64,000 bases of DNA from Gemmatimonadota bacterium (GCA_034521595.1 JAXHMG010000003.1:1024001-1088000); one strand, 5' to 3'. Counted from the first letter of the stretch, positions 51,022 through 61,641 are shown. Made by a program: numbers and translations. The notes: generated by a model from the sequence alone, not told the origin.

Positions 51022-52400
51022 TCAGTGTCCGTGGGAGGCGCTGCGCGTGGCTGCGGTAGCCGCCGACATGAGGTCGAAGGCCCCGGCTACTACGGCCCGG
51101 TCACCGGGCTCCAGTCCCGAAACGATCTCTACCCATCCCTCCTGGGACTCTTCTCCCAGGCGCACCGGCACCGGACGGAACGCTCCGGGCTCGTCTGCGG
51201 GACGAACACCACGCTCCCGTCCTCGAGGGGTCTGGACGGCGTCCACCGGGACCATGGCGTAGCGTATTCTCCGTGGGCAGGTCGAGGCGCGCTGTCCCGA
51301 ACATCCCGGCTCGGAGCGACCCTTCGGGGTTGTCGATAACGGCCCGGGCGCGGAGCGTGCGGGTGGCTGGCTCCAGCTCGTAGGAGACCCAGTCGAGGGT
51401 GCCGCGGAAGGTCCGGTCCGGGATGCCTCGCACTTGGACGTTCACCGTGGAGCCCGTCTCCAGAAGGGGCGCGTCCCGCGAGAAGGCCTCCACCATGGCC
51501 CAGAGCTCCTCCACTCCGGCCACGTGGATCGGGGTTTCGTCGGGGCCCACTGTCTGGCCGGGGGAGAGATCACGGTGCTGTACCCGCCCAGCGACGGGGC
51601 TCCGGAGGGGAAAGTACGAGGGGTACCTGGCTCCCCGCCTCCACGCCCTCGATCTCCTCCAGGGTCAGGCCGTAGAGGCGGAGTGCCTCCCGGGCCGCGT
51701 TCAGTTCGGCGCGGCCCTCCCGGAATCGTGCCTCGGCCTCCAGGAGCTCGGCCTCGCTGGAGATCTCTCGCTCGTAGAGTGTCTGCTCTCGGCGGTAGGT
51801 GGTCTCGGCGGTGTGGAACCGGGCTCGGGCGGTGAGGAACCCCGACTTGGCCCGGCCCAGCTCCACGCTGCTCAGGATGGCCAGCGTGTCCCCGGCCCGC
51901 ACCCGGTCGCCCAAGTCGGCCGTGACGCGCACTACCTTGGCCTCGAGCCGAGGGCCGACGAGCGCCTTGCGGTCCGGGTTCAGGAGAAGGGTCACCGGGC
52001 GCGAGAGGGTGGAGCGAGCGCTTCCCGCCTGAAGGGCCTCGACGCGCACCCCGAAGGACTCGGCCTGCTCGGTGCCCAGGTGGATTTCCCCGAGATGGTC
52101 CTCACCTTCAGCGGCTTCGCCTTCCTGATGGTCCTCCTCTCCGACGGTCTGCCGGGGATCGGCTTCCTGAGGAGATCCAACGGCCCCGGGGCTCTCTTCG
52201 CGCTCGTCGGCCACGCCCTCGGTCGCGCCCTGCACTCCACACGCGGAGAGAAGGGGAAGGAGGAGGAGTGGACCGAGTCGGAGTGGGCTCATCGAGATGC
52301 GTCGTCGGATGGTGGTAGCGTTCTTCATCGTGTTCTCCCCGGCCCGGAGGCCGCTTCGGGAGTGGACAGTGGTGGCGTGGGTCGTGGTCGACGGGGTCAT
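51022..52400 (-). pseudogene. czcB: CzcB/CusB periplasmic adaptor, frameshifted
   Basis: Pieces in three frames: LSAC lipobox..LSSVELGRAK; ATRTLRARAVIDNPEGSLRAGMF; VEIVSGLEPGDRAV..HGH. Confidence 0.82.
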
Positions 52401-53731
52401 GGCGTCTCTCCCGGGTCCGGGGCAGGATCGCCCAGCGCCGCGCGGAGCCGGGCCCACGCTTGACGGCGGGCCAGCCAGGCGTCCCAGTACGCCAGCACGG
52501 CGTCCAGGAGCTGATCGCGGAGAAGGAGGAGTGAGGGCAGGTCGATCTTCCCAGCGCGGTAGGATTCCTCCAGAAGACCCCGGTTCTCGCGGGCAGGGGC
52601 GAGCACCGAAGCCTCCAACTCGCGAGCTTCCTTCGTGGCGGAGGTGTAGGCCTGGAGAGCGTCGCTCACCTCCGTTCGCACCCGGAGCGCGACGTCCGCT
52701 CGCAGATCCTCGCTCTGGGCCAGTGCCGCCTCCCGGGCGTCGGTCGTTCCCTGGTTCCGGTTCCACGAGGGTACCGGAGAGCCCCAATCCGATCCCGATA
52801 TCTAAATCGGCCCCGGGCCCGCCCTGCTGAACGGGGACCAGGAGGTGCAGGTTGGGGATGGCCTCCCGACGAGCGAGCCGCTCCCGGGCCCGTGCCTCGT
52901 CGGTGGCGGCTTCCGCTGCCAGGAGGTCGGGCCGGCGCGACAGGGCCACTCGCGTCAGCGAGTCCGCCTCCAGCCTTCCGGGGTCGGGAAGCGCGGGTAC
53001 CGGCTCCGGATGTGCCGGGCCGCTCGGGTCGGCCAGCTCCAGCGCGACGCGTGCCCTCGAGATCCAGCCCCAAGACCCGCTTCAAGGAGAGAAACGCCGA
53101 TGTCAGCCCCCGTCGAGCCGTCTGCACCCGGCTCCGCGCCCGGCCATGCTCGATCTGGGCCAGATTGGCCTCTAGTGCGCTCGCCCTCTCCCTCGGCGCG
53201 CTGTGTCGTCACGGCGTTACGGAGGCGCTCGTTCAGCTCGGCCATCTCTTCTGCGACCGCCACCTTCCGCTGGGCCGCGGCCGCCTCATGGAAGGCTTCG
53301 CGTACGTCGAGGAGAGTACGGCGCTCCGCGTTCTGCACGGAGGCGCGAGCCTGCCGCAGGTCGTGGTTGGCGGCGTCCTTGCGGAGCCCCCATTGGCCTG
53401 CCCATTCCAGCTCCTGGGTCACCACGGCTTCGTAGCGGTCCAGAGGGCTCTGCCCGCCGGGGACGTCGAGGCGCTCGGCCTCGAACTCGACTTCGGGGTT
53501 GAACCGGTAGACGCCCGCCTGTCGGCGCTCGCCCAGGGCGATGTCTTCTTCCCGGCGGGCTACGCCGAGTAGGAGGTTCCGCTCCAGGGCCAGGCGCTCG
53601 GCATCCTGGAGGGTGAGGGTGACCGTGTCTGTGGTCGGGGCTCCCCCCGTCGGCTCCTGGGCCCATCCCACCATGGGGATGAGACCGGAGACGACGGAGA
53701 GGAGGATCCCGAGCAAATGCGCTCGGTGCAT
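52397..53731 (-). pseudogene. czcC: CzcC/TolC outer-membrane factor, frameshifted
   Basis: LTLQDAERLALERN, QELEWAGQ; RRPDLLAA..REAIPN; YRAGKIDLPSLL in different frames. Confidence 0.82.
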
Positions 53732-53912
53732 AGGGACGCTCCTTACCCGGAGCGGAGGGCACGCGCCGCCCACCCGGAACGAGGGGGCGGCTACGGACCA
53801 CGGACGTCCAGTGTGGACGCCCGTCCGCTCAGAAGTGGATGTGGATCGGGGAAGTCAGAGGGTCCGCGGCGGCAGATCGGGGACGATCAAGCCGGTAGGC
53901 GCGGACGGAGCG

Positions 53913-54287
53913 TCAAGCTCGGGGAGGGTGGGTGAACAGCACCGGAACGTAGTTGGACGGTGTGGAGACGGCGGTGTGGACGGACGAGCCCACCTCGATC
54001 ACACCCAAGGCCGCCAGCGCGGCGGGCGGGAGCCCTGGACCGTGAACGTGGGTGCAGTGATCGGTGGAGGTCCCGTGTCGGTGATCGGGACCTTGGTCCT
54101 CCGTACCGTCGGGCTCACCCGTCTCGTGGCCGTGTTCACCCGGCTGATCCTGCCCATGGGTGGTGTGGCTGACTGCCGTCGCTGTGGTCTCGTGGTGGAC
54201 GGCGCCGTCCCGGGCCAAGCCCACGCCCACCTCCAAGACGGAGGTGTGAAACACCACGAGCATGATGACCACGAGCAAACGACGCAC
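53913..54287 (-). CDS. His-rich exported protein, CzcI/DUF2946-like, ending HPPRA
   Basis: Hydrophobic N-terminus, many His, DHCTHVH, Pro-rich C-terminus; first gene of the czc cluster. Confidence 0.65.
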   Translation of the reverse strand: MRRLLVVIMLVVFHTSVLEVGVGLARDGAVHHETTATAVSHTTHGQDQPGEHGHETGEPDGTEDQGPDHRHGTSTDHCTHVHGPGLPPAALAALGVIEVGSSVHTAVSTPSNYVPVLFTHPPRA

Positions 54288-54384
54288 GGAGAACTTCAGC
54301 TGTCGGGAAGAAGCCCACAATAACCTGACGGGTGAATCTTCAGGATTCCACTGGACGTAATAAGAGGATGGGGTTGCGGAAGGT

Positions 54385-54610
54385 TTAGCGATCCTCCAGG
54401 TGGAGAACGTTGCTCCCCACCCGGTGGGCCCGGACGGCCGTGAACTCGTCCAGCATGGCCTGCATGTTGTGATCGGCGGCCGGGTAGTCGTGTGCCCATG
54501 CTGCTCGACCGAATCCACCCCGCACGCCTCGATACCGTACGCGCGTGAACGCGAGACGACCGTCGTACGGTGGATTGGAGGTCTGCGGCGCGGCGGCCTT
54601 CGACTCCGGG
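54385..54610 (-). pseudogene. Fragment of a DUF4159-like protein
   Basis: YDGRLAFTRVRY..WAHDYPAADHN..GSNVLHLED, then lost. Confidence 0.6.
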
Positions 54611-54739
54611 GCGGACCCTCGATCCCCAGAAGCGTCATCAGCATCGGCGGACCAGTGAAGGGCGACGAGGATCGTTCCGAATCCCGCCAAGCGAGCGGTC
54701 GCTGAATCGGAGTCCATCCACGTCGATACAACCGTTCAG

Positions 54740-54962
54740 TGTGGCAGTGACGGACGATTCGGAGCGACGGTGGTGGTTCTACTCGTTGATCGGCGCCGCA
54801 GGCGGAGCTGGTGTCGGACTCGCAGCCGCCCGGTATGTGATCAACGATCCGAGCAACGCAGTTATCGAACATCCGATGCTGTTCTATGGCAGCTATGCGC
54901 TTTCGGGAGCGGGGGGAGGTGGGCTCGTGGGTTCCGCGCTCGGCATCGTGAAGACCAGATGA
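54740..54962 (+). CDS. Small glycine-zipper membrane protein or fragment (start uncertain)
   Basis: LIGAAGGAGVGLAA..GAGGGGLVGSALG. Confidence 0.4.
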
Positions 54963-55058
54963 ACGCCAGATCCGACCCGTGCGGGATTGACTTTCCAGGG
55001 AACCACGCAATGGTGCGCCTGCACCGCCGGGGAGTGGCGGAACCACGGGCGTTTTGGA

Positions 55059-55249
55059 GGGGCCGGGGGCACGCGCTCCCGGAGAAGCGAAGCCAGCGCC
55101 GAAGAACGCCCGGGCCTACCCGGTCGACACGACCACCGCGCCTCCCCCGGGCAGCCCCAGCCAACGCCCCCTGCAGAACACGACGAACGCAGCGCTACGA
55201 CGACCCCCGCCGTGGGCGCAGCGCCGAGGGAGCGCGTGCCCCCGGCCCC
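55059..55249 (-). repeat. Third, inverted copy of the structured repeat with a different 22-bp closing stem
   Basis: Core is the reverse complement of 46257-46406 with some substitutions; arms GGGGCCGGGGGCACGCGCTCCC / GGGAGCGCGTGCCCCCGGCCCC. Confidence 0.9.
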
Positions 55250-55281
55250 GCCGGCCGCACACGTCCATAGGGTAGGAAGCT

Positions 55282-55512
55282 TCACCCCAGCGGCACGATC
55301 CGTACCTCGTTGTCGTTGAACAGCGGAATGAGCAGGCGGTTTCGCATGCGGTCCAGCTCGATATCGGCGGGGGCTTCCACGCCCGTCACGGTCTGCGAGA
55401 GCGTTCCTTCGCCGTCGACGCGGATGACGGACTGCTCACCCCAGCTCGACACGAGGAAGCCTCCGTCGGCCGTGGTCACGATCCCATCGAGCTGACGCTC
55501 CGATTCCGGCAT
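55282..55512 (-). pseudogene. C-terminal fragment of an SMP-30/gluconolactonase-like beta-propeller
   Basis: QLDGIV..FLVSSW..APADIELD..RLLIPLFNDNEV; no N-terminal part. Confidence 0.6.
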
Positions 55513-55576
55513 GATGTCCGTCCGCTTCCCTAAAAAAGAGCTTGACGAAATGGAAACCCGGATCCTGCATAGGTGC

Positions 55577-56365
55577 ATGCGCATTCCAAAACGCATTCGA
55601 CCGGTCCTCCGTCGCGTCGTACCGGATTCCCTGCGGACGTACCGCGGGGATCTCTGGCGACGGCGCTTGGTGGCTGCGACGGACAGACTCTGGCGGGAAA
55701 CCGGTGGCGTGGTGCAGGGTGGCCCGTTTGCCGGGATGACGTACACCCGTACCGAGTACAGTCAGCTCGGTCCGAAGCTCCTGGGCACCTACGAGCAGGA
55801 AACCCGGGAATTCGTCCGGCGGGTCATCGCGGCCGACCCGCCCTGCGTGATCAATGTGGGTGCCGCGGAAGGGTATTACGCCGTCGGTCTGCTTACACGA
55901 ACGCGGAGGATGAGGGTGAGCGCGTTCGAGAGGAACGAGGAAGGGCGAACCTTGATGCGGGAGCTCGCGGAGCTCAATGGAGTGGCAGATCGGCTCGAGA
56001 TTCACGGAGACTGCACCCCCGGAGCATTGTCCACGTGCCTGGCGGAATGGCCGGCTTCCCCCCTGCTGATCGATATCGAGGGTGGCGAGCGGCACCTGCT
56101 CGACCCGGTCGCGGTTCCCGAGCTCGCGAAGTGCGAGATCTTGGTCGAGATGCACGAGTTCCTGGCGCCCGGGGTCACGGCCCAGATTCTGGAACGATTC
56201 GAGCCCACGCACAGCGTGCGCCGCATCCCGGCGGAGGAGCGCACGGCTCGAGCGATTCCGGCCGTCGCGGGGTTGAGCGCTTCCGATCGCGTTCGGGTAG
56301 CGTTCGAACGCTCGGCTGAAGACCAGGAGTGGCTTTGGCTGGCGCCTCACCCCCCGGGCCTGTAG
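55577..56365 (+). CDS. SAM-dependent methyltransferase-like protein (FkbM-like)
   Basis: GPFAGM, LLGTYE, INVGAAEGYYA, IDIEGGE. Confidence 0.75.
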   Translation: MRIPKRIRPVLRRVVPDSLRTYRGDLWRRRLVAATDRLWRETGGVVQGGPFAGMTYTRTEYSQLGPKLLGTYEQETREFVRRVIAADPPCVINVGAAEGYYAVGLLTRTRRMRVSAFERNEEGRTLMRELAELNGVADRLEIHGDCTPGALSTCLAEWPASPLLIDIEGGERHLLDPVAVPELAKCEILVEMHEFLAPGVTAQILERFEPTHSVRRIPAEERTARAIPAVAGLSASDRVRVAFERSAEDQEWLWLAPHPPGL

Positions 56366-56486
56366 ACCGGTTCGGGCCGCTCTTCGATCCGGCTACGCGA
56401 AGCGCCCGCCACGGACTGTCGTATTTACGGTCCCTTGGGTAAGGTTCTCGGGACTCGTCACGCCATTCCCGACGGATGCGCACATC

Positions 56487-57314
56487 ATGAAAAGATGGAA
56501 TCTGGGGTGCCTGCTGGCCGCGGTCGTCGCGCTGAGCGCCTGCGGAGGTGGAAGCACGCTTCCCACGCCGGAGCCCAGGGCGGAAGAGGATGCCCTGCGA
56601 GAGGATATCGAGCGGCTGCTGGAGCTCCGGGACGTCGAAGGAGTCCTGGCGGCTCGCTCGCGCGCGTTCACGCGCCGGGTCGCGATCATGATGGGCGATC
56701 CCTCCGACTCGGAGCTCGAACGCTTGGTGCCCGCTGTGGTGGACGCGTTCGCGTACGATTCGCTGTATGCGGACGTCGTGGCGTACATGAGCCAGGAGGG
56801 TACGCCGGAGCTGGCTGCGAGCGCCTTGGAGTGGATGGAGGATGGGGCGACGGCCGCGGTGCGGCGGATCGGAGAAGAGTACGAGCCGGCGCAGACCCTC
56901 GAAGAGTACTCGAACGAGATGACGGACGAGCTTCCGTCGGAAGAGCGTGTCCACCTGATCTCTGATTGGGTGGAAGCCCGAGGTGAAGGCGAGTTTTTCG
57001 TTCTCATGCAGGAAGCGCTGCGTGAGGCCGCGTTCAGGGTGCGCCGCGCGTTCAGACCCGACGCCCCGACATTCGAGCCGCTCTCGGGAGAAGAGCTGGA
57101 GATGGCCCGGGTGAACAGCCATGGCGCGAGCGTCATCCGGCTGATGCACGGCTACGCGCCCGCTCCCGACCAGCTCATTCGACGCGTGACCGCGGAGTAC
57201 GAATCCGAGGCCGGGCGTTGGTTCACGGAGGCCTACGCCATGGGCGTGGCCAGCGCCATCCGCGCCGCGGGTGAGCGCGCGACGCGACGCTTGTCGGGGA
57301 GGGATGGACGGTGA
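56487..57314 (+). CDS. Hypothetical lipoprotein
   Basis: MKRW..VALSAC lipobox; helical acidic body. Confidence 0.7.
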   Translation: MKRWNLGCLLAAVVALSACGGGSTLPTPEPRAEEDALREDIERLLELRDVEGVLAARSRAFTRRVAIMMGDPSDSELERLVPAVVDAFAYDSLYADVVAYMSQEGTPELAASALEWMEDGATAAVRRIGEEYEPAQTLEEYSNEMTDELPSEERVHLISDWVEARGEGEFFVLMQEALREAAFRVRRAFRPDAPTFEPLSGEELEMARVNSHGASVIRLMHGYAPAPDQLIRRVTAEYESEAGRWFTEAYAMGVASAIRAAGERATRRLSGRDGR

Positions 57315-59548
57315 GGCCGGACCGCGTACAGGTCGTCGAAGAGAACCTCGACCGCTTCCTCGAATCCGCTTCGGGGAGTTCCAGGAAGCTGGCCCCCGCG
57401 GACCCGGTACGCGCAGGGTCCAGCCTGACGGCCCGTCAGGCGCTCGCTTTGTTCGAGGACCAGCTGCTGAGCCGAATGGCCGACGTGGAAGCGCGTAGGC
57501 TCAAGGCATCGGGCCGGAGCTATTACACGATCTCGTCCGCCGGCCACGAACAGAACGCGGTCGTCGGCACCCACCTCAGGACCACGGACCCTTGCTTCCT
57601 GCACTACCGGTCGGGTGGCTTGATGATGGCGCGGGGGCGAAAGCTCCCGGATCTCGACATGGCGTTCGACACCATGCTGTCGGTGTGCGCCAAGGAGGAC
57701 GACCCCATCTCGGAGGGGCGGCACAAGGTGTGGGGGAGCAGGGCGCTCTGGGTCCCTCCGCAGACCAGCACGATCGCATCGCACGTGCCCAAGGCGGTCG
57801 GAACGGCGTTCGCTCTGGGTCGCTCGAAGCGGATGGGGGTCGACCCGGGCATACCGGAGGATTCGATCGTCTGTTGCACGTTCGGCGACGCCTCAGCGAA
57901 CCACGCCACCGCGTTGACGGGAATCCAGGCCGCGCGTTACGCGAACCGGCGCGGCAATCCGCTTCCGATGCTCTTCGTGTGCGAAGACAACGGGCTCGGG
58001 ATCAGCACCGATACGCCGCGTCGCTGGATTCGGGAAAGCTTCGACGGACAAGCCCACCTCCGTTACCTCGAGGCCGATGGCGAGATCGACGACGTATGGG
58101 ACGCGGTGGAGCATGCGGTCGACGTCTGTCGCACCTCTCGTGCTCCGACCTTCCTGCGTCTCGTGACGGTGCGGTTATGGGGGCACGCCGGAAGCGACAT
58201 CGAGGCGGCGTATCGCTCACGCGCAGAGATCGAAGAAACCGAAGCTCGGGATCCCATTCTTCGAAACGCCGCACGCCTCATCGAGCTCGGGGTCGCGACG
58301 CCCGAGGAGCTGCGGGCCAAGGTCGACGCCGTGCGGAAGCGGCTCCGCGCGGCCGGTGAGGAGGCTTCGAGCCGGCGTCATCTGGATTCCGCGGAGCGCG
58401 TGATGGCCACGCTCGCGCCGTATGACGAGGCGCGTGTACGGCGGTCGGCCGAGCTCGGGGTCCCGGAGGAGGCACGCCGCGAGCTCTGGGGAGACGAGCT
58501 ACCGGAGGACGTGACCGCGCCGGTGAAGAGAACGATGGCCGCCCATCTCAGCTCGGCGATGGCCGACGAGATGCTGAAGCGGCCCGAGATGTTCGTCTTC
58601 GGTGAGGACGTGGGCCGAAAGGGTGGGGTATACTACGTGACCGCCGGGCTCCAGAAGCGATTCGGCCAGGCGCGGGTGATCGACACGCACCTGGACGAAA
58701 CGTCGATCCTGGGACTGGCGCAGGGGGCGGGGCTCCTCGGACTCCTGCCGGTGCCGGAGATCCAGTATCTGGCATACGTGCACAACGCGGTCGACCAGCT
58801 CCGTGGGGAAGCGGCCTCGCTGCAGTTCTTCAGCAGCGGTCAGTTCAGCAATCCCATGGTCGTTCGCATCGCGGGATTGGCCTACCAGAAGGGGTTCGGG
58901 GGGCATTTCCACAACGACCACTCCATCGGAGGGCTGCGCGACATTCCCGGATTGGTTCTCGCGGTGCCGAGCCGCGGGGACGATGCCGTGCGGATGCTCC
59001 GCGGTTGTCTGGCGCTCGCGAGAGAGTGCGGCCGGGTCGTGGCTTTCCTCGAGCCGATCGCCCTGTACCACCAGAAGGATCTACTGGAGGAGGGTGACGA
59101 GGGGTGGCTCTTCCCCTATCCGAAGCCCGGCGAAGCCCTCCTGCCCGGAGAGGTGGAGGTGTACGGCGAGGGGCCATTGCTCATCATCTCCTACGCGAAC
59201 GGGCTCCACATGAGCTTACGAGCGCGGGCGGAGCTGGCGAGGGAGCACGGCCTCGACGCCAGGGTGCTGGACGTTCGTTGGCTCAATCCTCTGCCGTTCG
59301 ACGCCATACGCCGGGCCGCGGCGGACGCGCAGGGGGTGCTCGTGGTCGACGAGTGCCGACGCACCGGAGGCGGCATCGCCGAAGCGGTCGTCGCCGACCT
59401 CGCGGAGAGCGGGTACGCTGGGACGCTCCGCTCGGTGCGGGCACCGGACTCGTTCATTCCGCTCGGGCCGGCCGCCGACACGGTGCTGCTCCAAAAGGCC
59501 GACATCGTGGCCGCGGCGCAGCGCATGATGGCGGCCGCCCCGGTATGA
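57311..59548 (+). CDS. Fused 2-oxoacid dehydrogenase E1 alpha+beta (TPP-dependent)
   Basis: YTISSAGHE, FGDAS..EDNGLGIS, FGEDVGRKGGVY, EIQYLAY, GGHFHN. Confidence 0.9.
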   Translation: MRPDRVQVVEENLDRFLESASGSSRKLAPADPVRAGSSLTARQALALFEDQLLSRMADVEARRLKASGRSYYTISSAGHEQNAVVGTHLRTTDPCFLHYRSGGLMMARGRKLPDLDMAFDTMLSVCAKEDDPISEGRHKVWGSRALWVPPQTSTIASHVPKAVGTAFALGRSKRMGVDPGIPEDSIVCCTFGDASANHATALTGIQAARYANRRGNPLPMLFVCEDNGLGISTDTPRRWIRESFDGQAHLRYLEADGEIDDVWDAVEHAVDVCRTSRAPTFLRLVTVRLWGHAGSDIEAAYRSRAEIEETEARDPILRNAARLIELGVATPEELRAKVDAVRKRLRAAGEEASSRRHLDSAERVMATLAPYDEARVRRSAELGVPEEARRELWGDELPEDVTAPVKRTMAAHLSSAMADEMLKRPEMFVFGEDVGRKGGVYYVTAGLQKRFGQARVIDTHLDETSILGLAQGAGLLGLLPVPEIQYLAYVHNAVDQLRGEAASLQFFSSGQFSNPMVVRIAGLAYQKGFGGHFHNDHSIGGLRDIPGLVLAVPSRGDDAVRMLRGCLALARECGRVVAFLEPIALYHQKDLLEEGDEGWLFPYPKPGEALLPGEVEVYGEGPLLIISYANGLHMSLRARAELAREHGLDARVLDVRWLNPLPFDAIRRAAADAQGVLVVDECRRTGGGIAEAVVADLAESGYAGTLRSVRAPDSFIPLGPAADTVLLQKADIVAAAQRMMAAAPV

Positions 59549-59597
59549 CGTTGCCTGCTCCCGCGACGGAACACGGACCAGCGCCGCGGGCCGGTCC

Positions 59598-60899
59598 GTG
59601 ACGCTCGGAGGCGGTGTGCGCAGGCTCGGAAGCATCCCGTGGCGTTCGGCGGCGCGGGCCGTGGCGGTGCTCTCGCTCTTCCTTGCAGGGTCGCACGGTT
59701 CGGTTGTCGAGGCTCAGGAGCCCACGCCCGAGCTCCGTGTCTGGCTGATCACCATCGGTCCGGGCACCGCGATCTGGGAGCGGTTCGGCCACAACGCACT
59801 GCGTGTCGTCGACACGCGCACCGGGTACGACGCGTCGTACAACTGGGGCATCTTCGACTTCGAGCAGGAAGATTTCGTTCCGCGGTTCCTGCGTGGACAG
59901 ATGCTCTACATGATGGCTCCGTTCGCTTCCGAGCCGATGTTGGAGATGTACCGCAGCGCCGGGCGAGAGATCGTGGCCCAGGAGCTCGATCTCACCCCGG
60001 AACAGAAGCGGGCGTTGCGAGACTTCGCGGAGCGCAACGCTCTCCCGGAGAATCGGGAGTATCGCTACGACTACTTCCTCGACAACTGCTCGACCCGTGT
60101 GCGGGATCTCCTCGACCGAGTGCTCGGCGGAGCGCTGTTCGAACAATTCGGCGAGGAGCCGACGGGAACGTCCTACCGTTACCACACGCGGCGTCTGACC
60201 CGGCCCGACCCCGTGCTCTTCACCGGGATGGACCTTCTTCTCGGGAGCCCGGGCGACCGGCCCATCACGCGGTGGGCCGAGATGTTCATTCCGATGACGT
60301 TACGCGACGCGGTGCGCGAGGTGCGGATCGATCACGGAGGGGGCGAGCTCCGGCCCCTGGTGAAGGACGAAGAGGTGGTGGTGAAGGCGCGCGTGGCCGA
60401 GGCGCCGGACGAGCCGCCGGCCTGGGGAGCCTGGTACCTGATGCTCGGGCTCTTCCTCGGCGGCGGGCTGGCTCACCTCGGTCGACGGGCCGGGGTTGGC
60501 TCCCGGCGTGGCGCTGCCGCCTTCGGGGTCGTCGGCACGCTGTGGGCGTTCCTCGCCGGCACGGCGGGAACCATCCTCGTGTTGGTGCTGTTCACCGACC
60601 ACGCCTTCATGGCCTGGAACGAGAACCTGTTCTTCCTCAATCCGGTCGCTCTGCTGCTCGTGCCGCTGATTCCGCTGAGCCTCGTTCGCGACCGCGTCCC
60701 CCGCCTGGCGCGCGGCACGGCGCTCTTCCTGGTCGGAGCGTCCGTGCTGGAAGTCGTGCTCTCGGTGACGCCGCTCGGATCACAGCTAAACTGGCTGGAA
60801 GCGATGCTCTTCATCCCGATCCATGTCGGCCTGTGGTGGGGTCTCGAGTCGGTCGGCGCGACGGCCGGTGGCGATGAAGCCAACGCAGATCGACGGTGA
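59598..60899 (+). CDS. DUF4105/Lnb-like membrane protein (possible lipoprotein N-acyltransferase)
   Basis: FGHNAL, YNWGIFDF, YRYDYFLDNCSTR, C-terminal TM bundle. Confidence 0.8.
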   Translation: MTLGGGVRRLGSIPWRSAARAVAVLSLFLAGSHGSVVEAQEPTPELRVWLITIGPGTAIWERFGHNALRVVDTRTGYDASYNWGIFDFEQEDFVPRFLRGQMLYMMAPFASEPMLEMYRSAGREIVAQELDLTPEQKRALRDFAERNALPENREYRYDYFLDNCSTRVRDLLDRVLGGALFEQFGEEPTGTSYRYHTRRLTRPDPVLFTGMDLLLGSPGDRPITRWAEMFIPMTLRDAVREVRIDHGGGELRPLVKDEEVVVKARVAEAPDEPPAWGAWYLMLGLFLGGGLAHLGRRAGVGSRRGAAAFGVVGTLWAFLAGTAGTILVLVLFTDHAFMAWNENLFFLNPVALLLVPLIPLSLVRDRVPRLARGTALFLVGASVLEVVLSVTPLGSQLNWLEAMLFIPIHVGLWWGLESVGATAGGDEANADRR

Positions 60900-61641
60900 A
60901 GGAATACACGAGGGCGGCGAGGGCCAAGGCCGCCGAGGTGACGGCCAAGACCGTGGGCACGGGCGGGCCGAGCGCCACGAGGAGCGCGACGGTCTGGATG
61001 ACGCAGACGGCCTTGCGACGGACGCTCGGGGGAAGGGGAGCCTCGAGGTGGGGCAGGAGGCGTCCGGCCAGGACGAAGGCGTACCGGATGAGACCGATCC
61101 CGAGCACCCACGGCCCGATCGGGGTGCTCGTCCAAACAAGCGCCGACAAGGCGAGGATCAAGAACGCGTCGAGCTCCATGTCGAAGCGGGCGCCGAATGG
61201 GGTGTGGGTATCGGTGACGCGGGCGAGCCAACCGTCGACCCCGTCCAGAACCGAGGCAGCGGCACCGAGACCGATCACCCACCATGCCGCGGGGCCTTCC
61301 ACCATGCCGGGTACCAGGACCAGCGCGGCGACCGGTAGGGTGAGCGTGGCCCGGAAGAGGGTGACCCGGTTCGCCCATCCGATGCCAGGGCGGGGTAGGT
61401 GGACGGGGAGGAACGCGATCAAGAGGGTCGCGAGCACCCCGTATCCCCCGACCAGGACGACGGAGTACGCCGCCGGCAATCCCAGCGCGCTCCGCGTCAC
61501 GGTCCCGATCCCGAGCAGCGCGGCGAAGGCTACGAGGAGGTCGCCCGCCGCACGCCAGCGGACCGGCGCCCGGTGGGGCGGTGCGGCGGACGCTGTGTCG
61601 CCCTCCGGCGAATCGGTGAGGTTCCGGTGGGGGAGTGTCAA
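60811..61641 (-). CDS. CDP-alcohol phosphatidyltransferase family protein
   Basis: ANRVTLFR, LDGVDGWLAR..FGARFDMELD. Confidence 0.9.
   Translation of the reverse strand: MTLPHRNLTDSPEGDTASAAPPHRAPVRWRAAGDLLVAFAALLGIGTVTRSALGLPAAYSVVLVGGYGVLATLLIAFLPVHLPRPGIGWANRVTLFRATLTLPVAALVLVPGMVEGPAAWWVIGLGAAASVLDGVDGWLARVTDTHTPFGARFDMELDAFLILALSALVWTSTPIGPWVLGIGLIRYAFVLAGRLLPHLEAPLPPSVRRKAVCVIQTVALLVALGPPVPTVLAVTSAALALAALVYSFTVDLRWLHRHRPSRRPTRDPTTGRHGSG

Noticed and set aside
53913-55046. 377-aa ORF
   Set aside because: Only the last ~124 aa look real; the rest crosses unrelated fragments.
60811-60899. 89-bp convergent gene overlap as an antisense system
   Set aside because: Both tails are low-complexity extensions, common in GC-rich genomes.
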